Below are positions 10,641 through 21,532 of a stretch of DNA of 64,000 nt, in pieces. Source of the DNA: Terriglobia bacterium (lineage in GTDB: Bacteria > Acidobacteriota > Terriglobia > 20CM-2-55-15); NCBI GenBank assembly GCA_963664115.2, contig CAXWPJ010000006.1, positions 1 to 64,000 on the forward strand. Direction: 5' to 3'. Under the pieces are notes generated by a model, which saw nothing but the letters and a program-made list of their open reading frames with translations, had not been told where the DNA came from and made no database searches. How positions within the stretch are numbered: the first letter of the stretch is position 1; each line of letters begins with the position of its first letter. The position numbers and the translations under genes were made by a program.

Positions 10641-12572
10641 TTAGTGATTCAGTAAGAACTCTGTACTATTCAGCAGCACCCACTGGATGGCCTCAACACC
10701 ATCGCGCCTGCCTTTCTCTGCAATAAAACGCTTCCCCAATACCAGCTCATCGACTGTGGGCAAGCGTGACATGCTCGACAGGACCAGTTCCTCGATGATT
10801 TCATCATCTGTTTTGTTGGAGTTCACCAGGCTGGCGACTCGCGTCTCCCCTCGGGCGTCCACCCGGCTGGTGATCACGGGCGAACCCATCATCATCATTG
10901 CCTGCACCGGACTGGCCCGACTCTTATCGGCCGGTGGCAGGGCGCGCTCGGTCTGGTAATACGCCTGCATGAACGCAAAGACTTCCCTATTTTCCGGATT
11001 CCGGTTGGTCCTCGTGTTTGCGGGATTGGTCAGCTCTTTGACGTACCTCTGGGACTCTCCATACTGCTCCATCTCGAACGTGGCCGACGTATCGGTGGCC
11101 TGTGCCACGATATCGACCGCCTCCGGGCCCGTCAAAATCCGAGCGAACTTGCGCGCATGATATGGGATATAGGCATCCACCCATTCCCCTTCAAAGCTCG
11201 TATCGAGTTGATAGGCGTTCGATTTCATAATGGTCCGGATCATGCGTTTCACGCTGAAGTTGTTCGTGCGGAAATCTTCGGCCAGCGCCTCCAGCAATTC
11301 AGGATTGGTCGGCTGAATGGTCCACGGCTCCGGTGGCGGATTGTTCGGATCCAGACGCAGCAAATCAAAACCATCGTAGGGCTCGACCAGACCCACCGCC
11401 ATCAACTTCTTCCAAATGATGTTGACCGCCGCGCGCGCGAATTGGATATGCTGGGGCGCTACCCTTCCGAAAAACTTACGGGGATTCTCACCGGGCGCTG
11501 GCGTTTCTCCAGTCAACAGGAAGGCCGGTTCGTAGGTTCTGCCATCACGCGGGAAACGCATCTCTGACGGGGTATAGTAAGCTCCGTCGTCCGCGGTGTT
11601 ATATCCCGGCGCCCCGTCGTCGAACGTGGGGGCACCATTCTGGAAGCCACCGGATGCCGTGAGCCGCAGATTTCCAAAGATGGCCGACTGCTGATGGAAG
11701 TCGGATCTCCTCTTGTCCGTCAACCAAAGATTCACGGTGTCGGTGTGACCCGCGCCGTTATGGCAGGAAATGCAGTCCACCGTAAGGCCAAGAAAAACGC
11801 GCGAAAGATCCGAGGTGACCTCATCCATCCAGTCCAGACGGTTAAAAGCTTTTTGATGGTCGCTATCGGTAATAAAGATGCAGCGAGTGTTCGTGTAGGT
11901 GGTGGGATCAAAGTACATCGCCGCCGGGAGCCCCCCCGCATACTTGGTGGTCGGCGTAACGATGTCATAAAAGACTTCGTTATAGGGCCGGTCGACCCTG
12001 AGCCATTGCTTTGTCCAAAGGTGAAAACGGGCGTCGTCCGTTCTGAACAGTTCCCCGTAATGATATGCCCACTGATCCGCGAATGCCTCTGTGTCGATCA
12101 GCGTGTCGATCAGCGCGTCGCGCTTATTCGGATCGGTGTTTGCTAGGAACGAACGGGCCTCATCTATCGTCGGCAAAAGGCCTGTCAGATCCAGGTACGC
12201 CCTTCGCAGAAACTTTGCATCACCCGCCAGAGGCGCATGTGGAACATTGTCGCGTTCCATCTTTCCGAAGACGAATTCGTCGACGAAATTATTTAGAGCT
12301 ATGGGCTCATAGGAAGCCCCTGTGTCCGGCAACGACGAAGCCACAGATTCCGTCAACCGGCCCGCATCCAGGGCCTCATCCTGACCGGAAAACAGCGGGG
12401 CGTGCGCCTCTTCAATGCGGTCCTGATCCACTTGCGGCGGGCTTGCGTCTTGCTGTGCAGTGGCGGCAAACGGCCAAGACAAAATCACCATGACCATTAC
12501 AGCCAGAATCATTACGGAGAATTGCGCGGGTTTCATGTTTAAATGTCCCTCCTGCACTTGCTCGGTTTTCAA
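10641..12572 (-). CDS. DUF1549/DUF1553 (PSCyt2/PSD1) protein with CxxCH
   Basis: Motifs FLRRAYLDLTGLLPT, CISCH, PTNPELLEALA, W.LLNS.EF..NH. Confidence 0.9.
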   Translation of the reverse strand: MKTEQVQEGHLNMKPAQFSVMILAVMVMVILSWPFAATAQQDASPPQVDQDRIEEAHAPLFSGQDEALDAGRLTESVASSLPDTGASYEPIALNNFVDEFVFGKMERDNVPHAPLAGDAKFLRRAYLDLTGLLPTIDEARSFLANTDPNKRDALIDTLIDTEAFADQWAYHYGELFRTDDARFHLWTKQWLRVDRPYNEVFYDIVTPTTKYAGGLPAAMYFDPTTYTNTRCIFITDSDHQKAFNRLDWMDEVTSDLSRVFLGLTVDCISCHNGAGHTDTVNLWLTDKRRSDFHQQSAIFGNLRLTASGGFQNGAPTFDDGAPGYNTADDGAYYTPSEMRFPRDGRTYEPAFLLTGETPAPGENPRKFFGRVAPQHIQFARAAVNIIWKKLMAVGLVEPYDGFDLLRLDPNNPPPEPWTIQPTNPELLEALAEDFRTNNFSVKRMIRTIMKSNAYQLDTSFEGEWVDAYIPYHARKFARILTGPEAVDIVAQATDTSATFEMEQYGESQRYVKELTNPANTRTNRNPENREVFAFMQAYYQTERALPPADKSRASPVQAMMMMGSPVITSRVDARGETRVASLVNSNKTDDEIIEELVLSSMSRLPTVDELVLGKRFIAEKGRRDGVEAIQWVLLNSTEFLLNH

Positions 12573-13278
12573 ATGGGCGAATTGGCCCTAATATACGGGT
12601 CAATTCGTTTAGCTTCAAGCACTTTTACCGTCAAGCAGTTTGTTAATGGGTTGGGGCCAGATGGCGATTTTTCGTTGAATGCTGGGAGGCGGCTGATATC
12701 AAGCCAGTCGCTAAGTCGCTATTCCATATGATGGTATACGGTATCGTTGACCTTGCGGAACGCAGGGAAACACAGTCTGGCACAGGCGTTCACCATCGCT
12801 TAGACGCTTCTGCTCGGCGCCACCACCGTGCACACCTGCCGGCTGAGGGCTAAACGTATCGCCGACGGCGTTGTGGAAATGGAGGGAAAGCCGAGCGGTG
12901 TTCTCGAGACGCTCCCAACGTTTTCACGCCGCGTGCCGCTCTTGCGGTTGTGGATCCAGTGGCACCAAGCCGGAGAAAATCTCCTTACCATAGATCGATC
13001 ACCGGCCCAATCGTGGTTCAGGAAGGATTCTAGACGGCATTTTTGCGACTTCGGGACCCGGTCGAGAAGTATCGTGCCTGGCTCGTTCCACACGCGACCA
13101 GGAACGAGACGCCTCAGGCTTGGCAGACCCTGGGCCGAGAATCCGCGCCGACAACGCACCCGTTGGCAAAGGAACGAATTGATTAGCGCAGATACTATCT
13201 TTGACCCGGCCGACACCCTCCGATTATGATCGTTTGGACGTTCTTCAAGAATCTATTTCGAACGATAAGGAGAGTGCC

Positions 13279-14376
13279 ATGAGAGGCTATCTGGCGCCTG
13301 CAGTGTGTGGCGTATTCCTGTGTGTGAGCGGGATCGTCACGGACGCCAACGCACAGGCCGGTGAGGTCGAAGTGCATGTGCCGGCGGCCAGGGCCGCGGT
13401 GCGGCCGGCCGTCGAAAATCCCTTACAGCCGTTTCACGTTTTCGACGGATTGTTCGACCAGATGTGCGCCGAACCCACACTGCCGGATCAGATCCGGCAG
13501 CAGGACCGGAGTGTGGAGATGTCGTGGTCGGAATGGTACCTACGGCCGGTGAGGCTTTTCGACAATCTCTATTCTATAGGCGCACAGGATTACCCGGTGT
13601 ATGCCGTCAACACCTCAGAAGGGGTCGTCGTTATCGACCCGGGCTTCGACTACAACAGCGAAGACTTGGTCCTGAACCTGCTCAGGTTCGGTGTCGAACC
13701 CGAGAACCTCAGGTACATCATCGTCTCGGATGCTCTCATCGACCGCTATTCCGGCGCGAGCGTTCTCCAGAGAGCTTACCCGTCGGCGCGTGTTGTGATG
13801 TCGGAGGCGGCCTGGGAGGTCGTGGCCGGCGACAACAATCCACAGGAGCTCAAGCCGACGAGGGACATGGTGGTCACCGACGGCCAGGCACTGACGCTGG
13901 GGGACGTCACGATCACGTTCTACGTGACTCCGGGGCAGACACCGGGCACGCTTTCGATGATTATCGAACCGCTGTGGAACAGGCGGAGTGTGACTTCGGA
14001 CGAGGACCGGCACGTGGCCGCCTTCTGGGGCGGCGCGGACATCTCGATCGGCCGGCAGGGAGTCCGGTATTTTCCGGACGGCGTGACTATGATGAACACC
14101 TGGGTGGATTCGACACGGCGGTTCAAGGAAATTGCCGCCGAGGCCGGAGCCGACACGATCCTCACGCCGACATACAGCCACGGGAACATTCAGGAGAAGG
14201 CGCGCGTGTGGAGAATCATGAATCCGACTGCAACGCGAGATGTAGAAGACACATATGGCGGCTTGTTCTTTGAATACGAGGGAGAGCCCCATTCGTTTGT
14301 CAACCGAGACGCTGTCGACCGTTTTTTCACCGTCCTGGTCGAGTGCTATCAAGCTCAACGGGACTTCCGAGAGTAG
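13279..14376 (+). CDS. Subclass-B3-like metallo-beta-lactamase-fold protein with degenerate metal ligands
   Basis: Similar to 57898-58920, but has SDALIDRYSG and TPGQTPG instead of SHGHxDH and TPGH. Confidence 0.8.
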   Translation: MRGYLAPAVCGVFLCVSGIVTDANAQAGEVEVHVPAARAAVRPAVENPLQPFHVFDGLFDQMCAEPTLPDQIRQQDRSVEMSWSEWYLRPVRLFDNLYSIGAQDYPVYAVNTSEGVVVIDPGFDYNSEDLVLNLLRFGVEPENLRYIIVSDALIDRYSGASVLQRAYPSARVVMSEAAWEVVAGDNNPQELKPTRDMVVTDGQALTLGDVTITFYVTPGQTPGTLSMIIEPLWNRRSVTSDEDRHVAAFWGGADISIGRQGVRYFPDGVTMMNTWVDSTRRFKEIAAEAGADTILTPTYSHGNIQEKARVWRIMNPTATRDVEDTYGGLFFEYEGEPHSFVNRDAVDRFFTVLVECYQAQRDFRE

Positions 14377-14665
14377 AAAAGGACTGGTTCAGGTATGGCT
14401 GCGCGACGACGGACAGCCGGCGGCCAACGCAACAATGCCGAAACCCGGTGAGAACAGCCGTTTTTGGAGGATCACGTCGGTCAATGACCCGCGAATCATG
14501 CAGGTTCGGTTTGAAGTACGCCATTTGAGACGGGCTCTGTCGACGCTTTGGCCTCCGGCCTGTAGGACGAGCGTGGAACAGGCCGGAGGGGTTCTCTAGA
14601 TGCTTGATCCTCGGATCTGAGGACGAGCGTTCTGAGCTGCGAATGAATCCGCGTGCTTTAGGAGG

Positions 14666-15514
14666 ATGCCAATGACAGGTGTCAGGAAGGCTAGAGTGAC
14701 TGGCCAGAACCGAGGATGGAACCAGATTGCGGTCGGCGGCTTCCTAACGTTGATGATTCTGTTTGGGCCTCCGGTTTTGGCCGCCCAGAGCGATGAGCAG
14801 TTCGACAAGTCCTTTTCGTTTATCGGGAGCTGGGGTACGGGGATCGGAAGGGGTGCCGAAGGTCCCGCCAGTGAGGACCGCGGCAACTGTGGCGGCCGTC
14901 TGGGAGACTATGGCGAAAAACTGTTGAACTGCGCGATGCCGGTCGACCAACTCCCGTTGAACAAACGCGGAGAGGCGTGGCTGGTGTTTGCGGACCACCG
15001 GGCGTCGCCGGTGCTGGCCGAGTGCGCGAATGTGAGCATTCCGACAGTGTTCGACAGTGGGGTGCATATATGGGGATATTTGGACAAGCTCGTGTTTCAA
15101 CATCCGGACCCGGCGGACCAGATTACCCGGGACATATGGATGGATGGACGCGGACACCCGCCGTCAAAATTCTTGTTTCAGCAGGGCCACTCGATCGGCC
15201 GGTTTGACGGGGACGACCTGGTTGTTGAAACGACCAACTTCACGTTCGATCCGGACGGCATGGACGATCATCTCCATATGGCGTCTTCGGTGCGGAAGAA
15301 GCTCACCGAGCGCTATCAAATCATCGATGACGACCACTTGAGGCTGATCGTTACTCTTGAAGACCCCACGTTCCTGACGCGGCCGTTCAAGTACTCGTTC
15401 CACTTGAGCCGCGAGGCGGGGGGGCCGAACCCGCGCTGGTATGACTGCGATCCTGACGTGGCCAGAAGGGAAGTCATATTCGCCTATCCGGGAGACAAGT
15501 ATCCGGAGGATTGA
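14666..15514 (+). CDS. Secreted uncharacterised protein, 'GHSIGRFDGDDLVVET' family
   Basis: Family motif plus LEDP..LTRP and a C-terminal YDC. Confidence 0.8.
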   Translation: MPMTGVRKARVTGQNRGWNQIAVGGFLTLMILFGPPVLAAQSDEQFDKSFSFIGSWGTGIGRGAEGPASEDRGNCGGRLGDYGEKLLNCAMPVDQLPLNKRGEAWLVFADHRASPVLAECANVSIPTVFDSGVHIWGYLDKLVFQHPDPADQITRDIWMDGRGHPPSKFLFQQGHSIGRFDGDDLVVETTNFTFDPDGMDDHLHMASSVRKKLTERYQIIDDDHLRLIVTLEDPTFLTRPFKYSFHLSREAGGPNPRWYDCDPDVARREVIFAYPGDKYPED

Positions 15515-15701
15515 GTTCGCACGATAAGCAGAAACGATTCAGGGGGCCTGCGACGAGAGCTATATAGCCGGACGGCATCGTGTCGCGCAGGGAGTTAACC
15601 TGACGATGCCCTCGCGATGAGCACAAATCCGGGCACAATGACGCTTTCGGAGCCTGTCCCTCCTGCCGAAATCCGTTCTAATCTGTTAGAATCAGTCGCA
15701 C

Positions 15702-15775
15702 GCGCCCATAGCTCAGCTGGATAGAGCGTCGGACTTCGAATCCGTAGGTCGGGGGTTCGAATCCCTCTGGGCGTA
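15702..15775 (+). tRNA. tRNA-Arg (anticodon UCG), CCA not encoded
   Basis: GCGCCCA/TGGGCGT acceptor stem, AGCTCAGCTGGATAGAGC D-arm, CTTCGAA anticodon loop, GGTTCGAATCC T-arm. Confidence 0.93.
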
Positions 15776-15823
15776 CTTGATAACAGACAACTTACGTAGG
15801 CGAGCGAACCCGCGACTATTCGC

Positions 15824-15845
15824 CTGTGGGGGGATCTGTGGGGAG
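15824..15845 (+). repeat. Tandem CTGTGGGG direct repeats, putative integrase arm-type sites
   Basis: CTGTGGGGGG at 15824 and CTGTGGGGAG at 15836, between the tRNA and the integrase 3' end. Confidence 0.45.
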
Positions 15846-15908
15846 TCCGATCTTTGGGGCGAGTAGGTTTCGAGCCGGACTCCCCGGCACTCACACTGTC
15901 CGACTGTT

Positions 15909-16462
15909 CTAAAAGTTCACCGCCCCGACATCGTCGAGCCGGTCCACGGCCTGCTTGTTGGTGCCCGGAATCAGATGGCCGTAAATATCCACGGTCATCT
16001 TAATGGATTCGTGCCCAAGCTGTTCCTTCACATACGCAAGAGATTCACCTTGTTGGAGTAACAGACTTGCAAAGGAATGCCTTAAGTCGTGGAAGCGAAC
16101 GCGCCGCAGACCTGCCGAGTCGAGCACCCGGTAGAAGATTCGATTCCTCAAATTGTTTTGATCAAGCGGTCGGCCTTCTCCGTTGATAAAGACCCACTCA
16201 GGCATGTCTTCGCCTAATTTAAAGTATTCCTCTTTCCTCCGGCGTTGCAGATCCATCAACGCCTTTACTAACTGGTTAGATAAGTCTACTCGACGAAGGT
16301 AGCCGCTTTTCGGCGTTCCAGTCCGCCCCCTTACGATATTTCGACGGACCTCAACGAATCGGGAGTCCAAATCTAGATCTGACCACTGAAGCCCGAATAG
16401 TTCTCCCATCCGTAGCCCAGTACGAACCGCGAAGAGGATTAGGGCATAAGTCTGAAACCCAA
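15909..16462 (-). pseudogene. Tyrosine integrase, C-terminal catalytic half only; truncated by IS256
   Basis: Motifs TGLRMGE, TPKSG, RFHDLRH, QLGH and Y; the ORF abuts the IS terminus at 16463. Confidence 0.9.
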
Positions 16463-17847
16463 GAGTTATTGTCAAAAGTGGTGTTTGGAAGATTGATTCA
16501 AGCGGCGGCCTGATCGACGTTTGTCACTTCGATTCCATCGTTGAATTTCACTCCAGTAATCACCTTGGCCAGATCATCGAACCCTCGTAATCGTCGCCAG
16601 TTCTTCTGGGCACATTGGCCGAGTTTGAACATCATGTGCAACATGCCGTCCCGTGTCAGGCACCCCCTGGATCGCTTGGTCCGGTGGCGAATGGTGGCAA
16701 AGGTCGACTCGATGGGATTCGTCGTTCGGATGCTCTGCCAGTGCTTGGCCGGGAAGTCGAAGAAGGCCAGCAGTTCTTCTCTGTCTTTCTGGAGGCAGAG
16801 AGTGGCTTTCGGATACTTCGGCTCATAGGTTTCAATGAACAGGTCGAATGCCTTCTCGGCGTCCGCCTTTGTCTCGGCCTGCCAGATCGAGTGCAAGGCC
16901 TGCTTTGCCTTCGGCTGGGCCGACTTGGGCAGGCAGTTGAGCACGTTCATGACTTTGTGCATCCAGCAGCGTTGTTGGCGTGTCTTGGGATAGATCTCTT
17001 CCAGTGCGGCCCAGAACCCCATCGCACCGTCACCGATGGCCAACTCCGGGATATTCATTCCACGTGACTTCAGCTTCAACAAGACCTCACGCCAACTCTG
17101 TGTCGATTCCCGGATACCATCCTCGATCGCCAGAAAACGCTTCTCTCCGCGTTCATTCACGCCGATCACGACCAATGCGCACAACTTGCTTTGTTCCGCC
17201 CGAAGTCCGCTGTAGATGCCGTCGGCCCAGACATAGACCCAGCGATCTGCATCCAAACGCTCCTCGCTTCCACGGCGGTACTGCTCGGCCCAGGACTGTT
17301 TCAACCGCGATACCGTGCTCGCCGACAGACCCTGCGCCTGGGGACCGACAAGAACTTTTAGGGCCTCACCCATCTCGCCGCTGGAAACGCCTTTCAAATA
17401 CAACCACGGCACCGCTGCTTCCAGCGACTTCGTCTTCCGAATGTACGGTGGTACCAGGGCCGATCGGAACGTCACAGCTTCGCCCGTCTTGGCACGGACC
17501 TTCGGGATTTGGACTGTTACCGGACCCAATCCCGTCTGCAGTTCGCGTTCCGGCAGATAACCGTTGCGTACCACCCCGGCGTTTCCTGTCTCAGTTCGCC
17601 GGCCACCGTGCTGGGATAGCAGTTCTGCCAATTCGGCTTCCACGGTCTGCTGGATCAGTTGCTGCGCTCCAACTCGTAATAGCTCGGTCACCGGATCTCC
17701 AATCGTTTCTCGACCTTCCGGTCCATTCACGTTACTCTTGCTCACAGCGGCGTATCTCCTTTGGTTGCTTTGAAGTTTTGTCACAACAAATCAACCAGAT
17801 ACGCCGCTTTTTCTCAATCCCTCAAACACCAGATTCGGTTATAACTC
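16463..17847 (-). mobile_element. IS256-family element (variant copy); transposase 16498-17784; no TSD
   Basis: 428-aa DDE transposase, GAGTTAT…ATAACTC termini, 1385 bp; the two flanks differ. Confidence 0.95.
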
Positions 17848-17856
17848 AATCACGGA

Positions 17857-18523
17857 CTTAGGAGATTGATTCAAGCGGCGGCCTGATCGACTTGTGTCGC
17901 TTCGTTGAATTTCACTCCGATGATTACCTTGCTCAGATCATCGAATCCTCGTAATCGTCGTTGGCCCTCATGTGCAGCATGCCATCCCGTGTCAGGCAAC
18001 CTCTGGACCTCTGATCTCTGCCGGTTGGCCGGAAAGTCGTAAAAGGCCAGCATTCAGAGTGTGGCTTTCGGATACTTCGGTTCATAGGTTTCAATGAACA
18101 AGTCGAATGCCTTCTCGGCGTCTGCCTTCGTCTCGGCCTGCCAGATCGAGTGTTACTCTTGCTCACAGCGGCGTATCTCCTCATCCCACGGGACTTCAGC
18201 TTCAATGGTCCCGTACACCGTCTTCGATGGCCAGGAAACGCTTCTTTGAACTTGGTTTGTTCCGCCCGTTTTGTCACAACAAATCAACCAGATGGACGCC
18301 GCTTCAAATTTCTTCGATGAACAGCTTCGCCCGTCTGGCTTCCCAATCAGGTTCGAGTGATCCGGCAGAACCTCAACCCCGGCAGATTCGGATAGCAGCT
18401 TTTAATCAGTTCTGTGCTCAATCTCGACCTTCCGAAAATCCATTCACGTTACTCTTCTCACAGTGGCGATCTCCTATGGTTGCGTCACAACCACCAGATA
18501 CGCCGAGGATTCGGTTATAACTC
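17857..18523 (-). mobile_element. Scrambled, collapsed IS256 copy flanked by AATCACGGA duplication
   Basis: Patchwork of IS256 pieces ending in GGTTATAACTC; AATCACGGA at 17848-17856 and 18524-18532. Confidence 0.75.
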
Positions 18524-19099
18524 AATCACGGAGGTGAAGAGTCTCCTAAGGAGATGGGGAGGACATAAAAAGCCGCGCCCCTCTTTCAGGTTTGACTCTA
18601 CGGGCCATGGGGGATGTCGTCAAGTAGACACTTTAGTTGGGCGGCGCTTCCATCTCGACGACGAGGAACAACTCTTACGATTTCAAAGCTATCGATGCGG
18701 CCTGGAGCTCGGAATGGCGGCCGTCATTTTTGGTTCCAGTATCCAGATGGGGAGAGACGCGAGATCGAAAAATTTTCATCAGGGACGACGCTTTCGACCG
18801 CCCCTCAGGTATCATCCTTTTCAGGACTTCGAGCAGATCATGGGGACCAGCCACTTCATAAACCCGGGTTCGATTTGGGCTTTGGAGCGGACGGCAGATC
18901 AGTCCTATTGCTACCTCCGGGCTGGCTCCAGCTCATCGACGATTCGAGCGTACAGTTTGACCTACGCAAGGAGGGTTAAGGATGTCGTCCGGCTCCACCT
19001 ATGCGGGGGTTCATGTCGTCGCTCCACCGAGTAGACACTTTAACGGCACGCGTTACACGTTCACGAAGGATATGCCTTGGGTTCCTATGCCAGAATGGT

Positions 19100-20484
19100 G
19101 AGTTATAACCGAATCTGGTGTTTGAGGGATTGAATAAGAGCGGCGTATCTGGTTGATTTGTTGTGACAAAACTTCAAAGCAACCATAGGAGATACGCCAC
19201 TGTGAGCAAGAGTAACGTGAATGGACCGGAAGGTCGAGAAACGATTGAGGATCCAGTAACAGAACTACTACGAGTTGGGGCACAGCAACTGATCCAACGC
19301 GCAGTGGAAGCCGAATTGGCAGAGCTGCTATCCCAGCACGGTGGCCGGCGAACTGAGACAGGAAACGCCGGGGTGGTACGCAACGGTTATCTGCCGGAAC
19401 GCGAACTGCAGACGGGATTGGGTCCGGTAACAGTCCAAATCCCGAAGGTCCGTGCCAAGACGGGCGAAGCTGTGACGTTCCGATCGGCCCTGGTACCACC
19501 GTACATTCGGAAGACGAAGTCGCTGGAAGCAGCGGTGCCGTGGTTGTATTTGAAAGGCGTTTCCAGCGGCGAGATGGGTGAGGCCCTAAAAGTTCTTGTC
19601 GGTCCCCAGGCGCAGGGTCTGTCGGCGAGCACGGTATCGCGGTTGAAACAGGTTTGGGGCGAACAGTACCGCCTCGGATGCGAGGAGCGTTTGGATGCAG
19701 ATCGCTGGGTCTATGTCTGGGCCGACGGCATCTACAGCGGACTTCGGGCGGAACAAACCAAGTTGTGTGCATTGGTCGTGATCGGCGTGAATGAACGCGG
19801 AGAGAAGCGTTTCCTGGCGATCGAAGACGGTGTACGGGAATCGACACAGAGTTGGCGCGAGGTCTTGTTGAAGCTGAAGTCCCGTGGGATGAATGTTCCG
19901 AAGTTGGCCATCGGTGACGGTGCGATGGGGTTCTGGGCCGCACTGGAGGAAATCTATCCCGAGACACGTCAACAACGTTGCTGGATGCACAAAGTCATGA
20001 ACGTCCTCAACTGCCTGCCCAAGTCGGTCCAGGCGAAGGCGAAACAGGCCCTGCACTCGATCTGGCAGGCCGAGACGAAGGCAGACGCCGAGAAGGCATT
20101 CGACTTGTTCATTGAAACCTATGAACCGAAGTATCCGAAAGCCACACTCTGCCTGCAGAAAGACAGAGAGGAACTGCTGGCCTTTTACGACTTTCCGGCC
20201 AAGCACTGGCAGAGCATCAGAACGACGAATCCCATTGAGTCGACCTTTGCCACCATTCGACACCGAACGAAGCGATCCAGAGGTTGCCTGACACGGGATG
20301 GCATGCTGCACATGATGTTCAAACTGGGCCAGTGCGCTGAGAACAATTGGCGACGATTACGAGGATTCGATGATCTGAGCAAGGTAATCATCGGAGTGAA
20401 ATTCAACGATGGTGTCGAAGCGACACAAGTCGATCAGGCCGCCGCTTGAATCAATCTCCTAAACACCACTTTTGACAATAACTC
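19100..20484 (+). mobile_element. IS256-family element; transposase 19163-20449; no TSD
   Basis: Protein identical to the copies at 24292 and 38180; the flanks do not match each other. Confidence 0.95.
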
Positions 20485-21120
20485 GCCGACCAACGAACCC
20501 ATGCTGTTCCCGAAGATGCAGTTGATCTCGATTCCCCGATCCTTCAACGCCTGAATTACACCAATATGAGCCAAGCCTTTCAGATCGCCGATGGAGAGCA
20601 CCAGAGCCGTCTCGCATGGCTCACCGGCCGTCGTGTCTTCTTGAAAGTCTGTTGTCACACTCGCAATTGATGGAGGGCCTACAAGAACTGCCAGATTCGC
20701 GGCTACAGTTTTCGTGGAAAAAATCGAAAAGGTATTGTCGAGAAGGACATAATACTGGCCTTCTTCTAGTGGTACGTCGAGATTGATCACACTTAGTTGG
20801 CCAGAATAATAGGTAGGGGCAAGCACTGGTCGCCCCGGTGCCCACTGGGCTCGTTCATCTTCAGAAAGGACCCACAGGCGAATGTCGTTACCTGCGCCTC
20901 CCTGTGCACTGACGCTACCCACGAGTCTCGCTCCGACATCTGAGCCAACCTCAAAGTTAAGCTCTACAAACGTCCCTGCTGCGATCTGACGTGACTCGTT
21001 CAGTAATGGATATTGAGTCTGAGCTGCCAATGCAGGTGTGATCGACAAATGCCAGATCAACACAAATGAAATGGCAGTTGGCCATATTCGGTCCACTTTG
21101 ACTTTCATCACCTTATTCAC
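20485..21120 (-). pseudogene. Secreted beta-domain plus patatin-like phospholipase N-terminus, truncated by IS256
   Basis: LVLS.GD.KGLAHIGV and GNSMG nucleophile motif, cut at the IS end. Confidence 0.7.
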
Positions 21121-21281
21121 GACTGTTCAGAATATCTTTTTGACGCACGTCCCCCTCCAAATTAAGAGCATTCCCCAACGCACTCTCCAAAGAAGACGTA
21201 TTTTCGGCGGGAATCCTTGCTGGCAGGGTATCACGGAGCGGTGGCATGAACGTGACGCAGACTACGCCTCTTGTCTAAAGC

Positions 21282-21370
21282 TCAACCCATTGTCTCGTTG
21301 TTCCGGTCAATAAACGCATCCAGATCCTGCCGGTCGATCAAGATCCGCCGAATGACGCGACCATCCTGTG
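21282..21370 (-). pseudogene. Excisionase/HTH-like C-terminal remnant
   Basis: RRILIDRQDLDAFID is typical of Xis/HTH_17 proteins. Confidence 0.45.
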
Positions 21371-21532
21371 CTCTCGGACACGGCGGCTTCACGCTGCTCA
21401 CCACAAGTAATGCCGGCGAAATCCCCTGACTTGTCCACCTGTCCGACAGAATGTTTGTTATCTGTCTGCAACGCTTCGCAGGCATGCCTCGGCGTACGTC
21501 GCCCGTGCGTGCAGCCGGGTCTGAGGTGGAGT

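Noticed and set aside
18533-19099. ORFs between IS256 copies
   Set aside because: Three overlapping frames are open, with no recognisable motif to choose among them.
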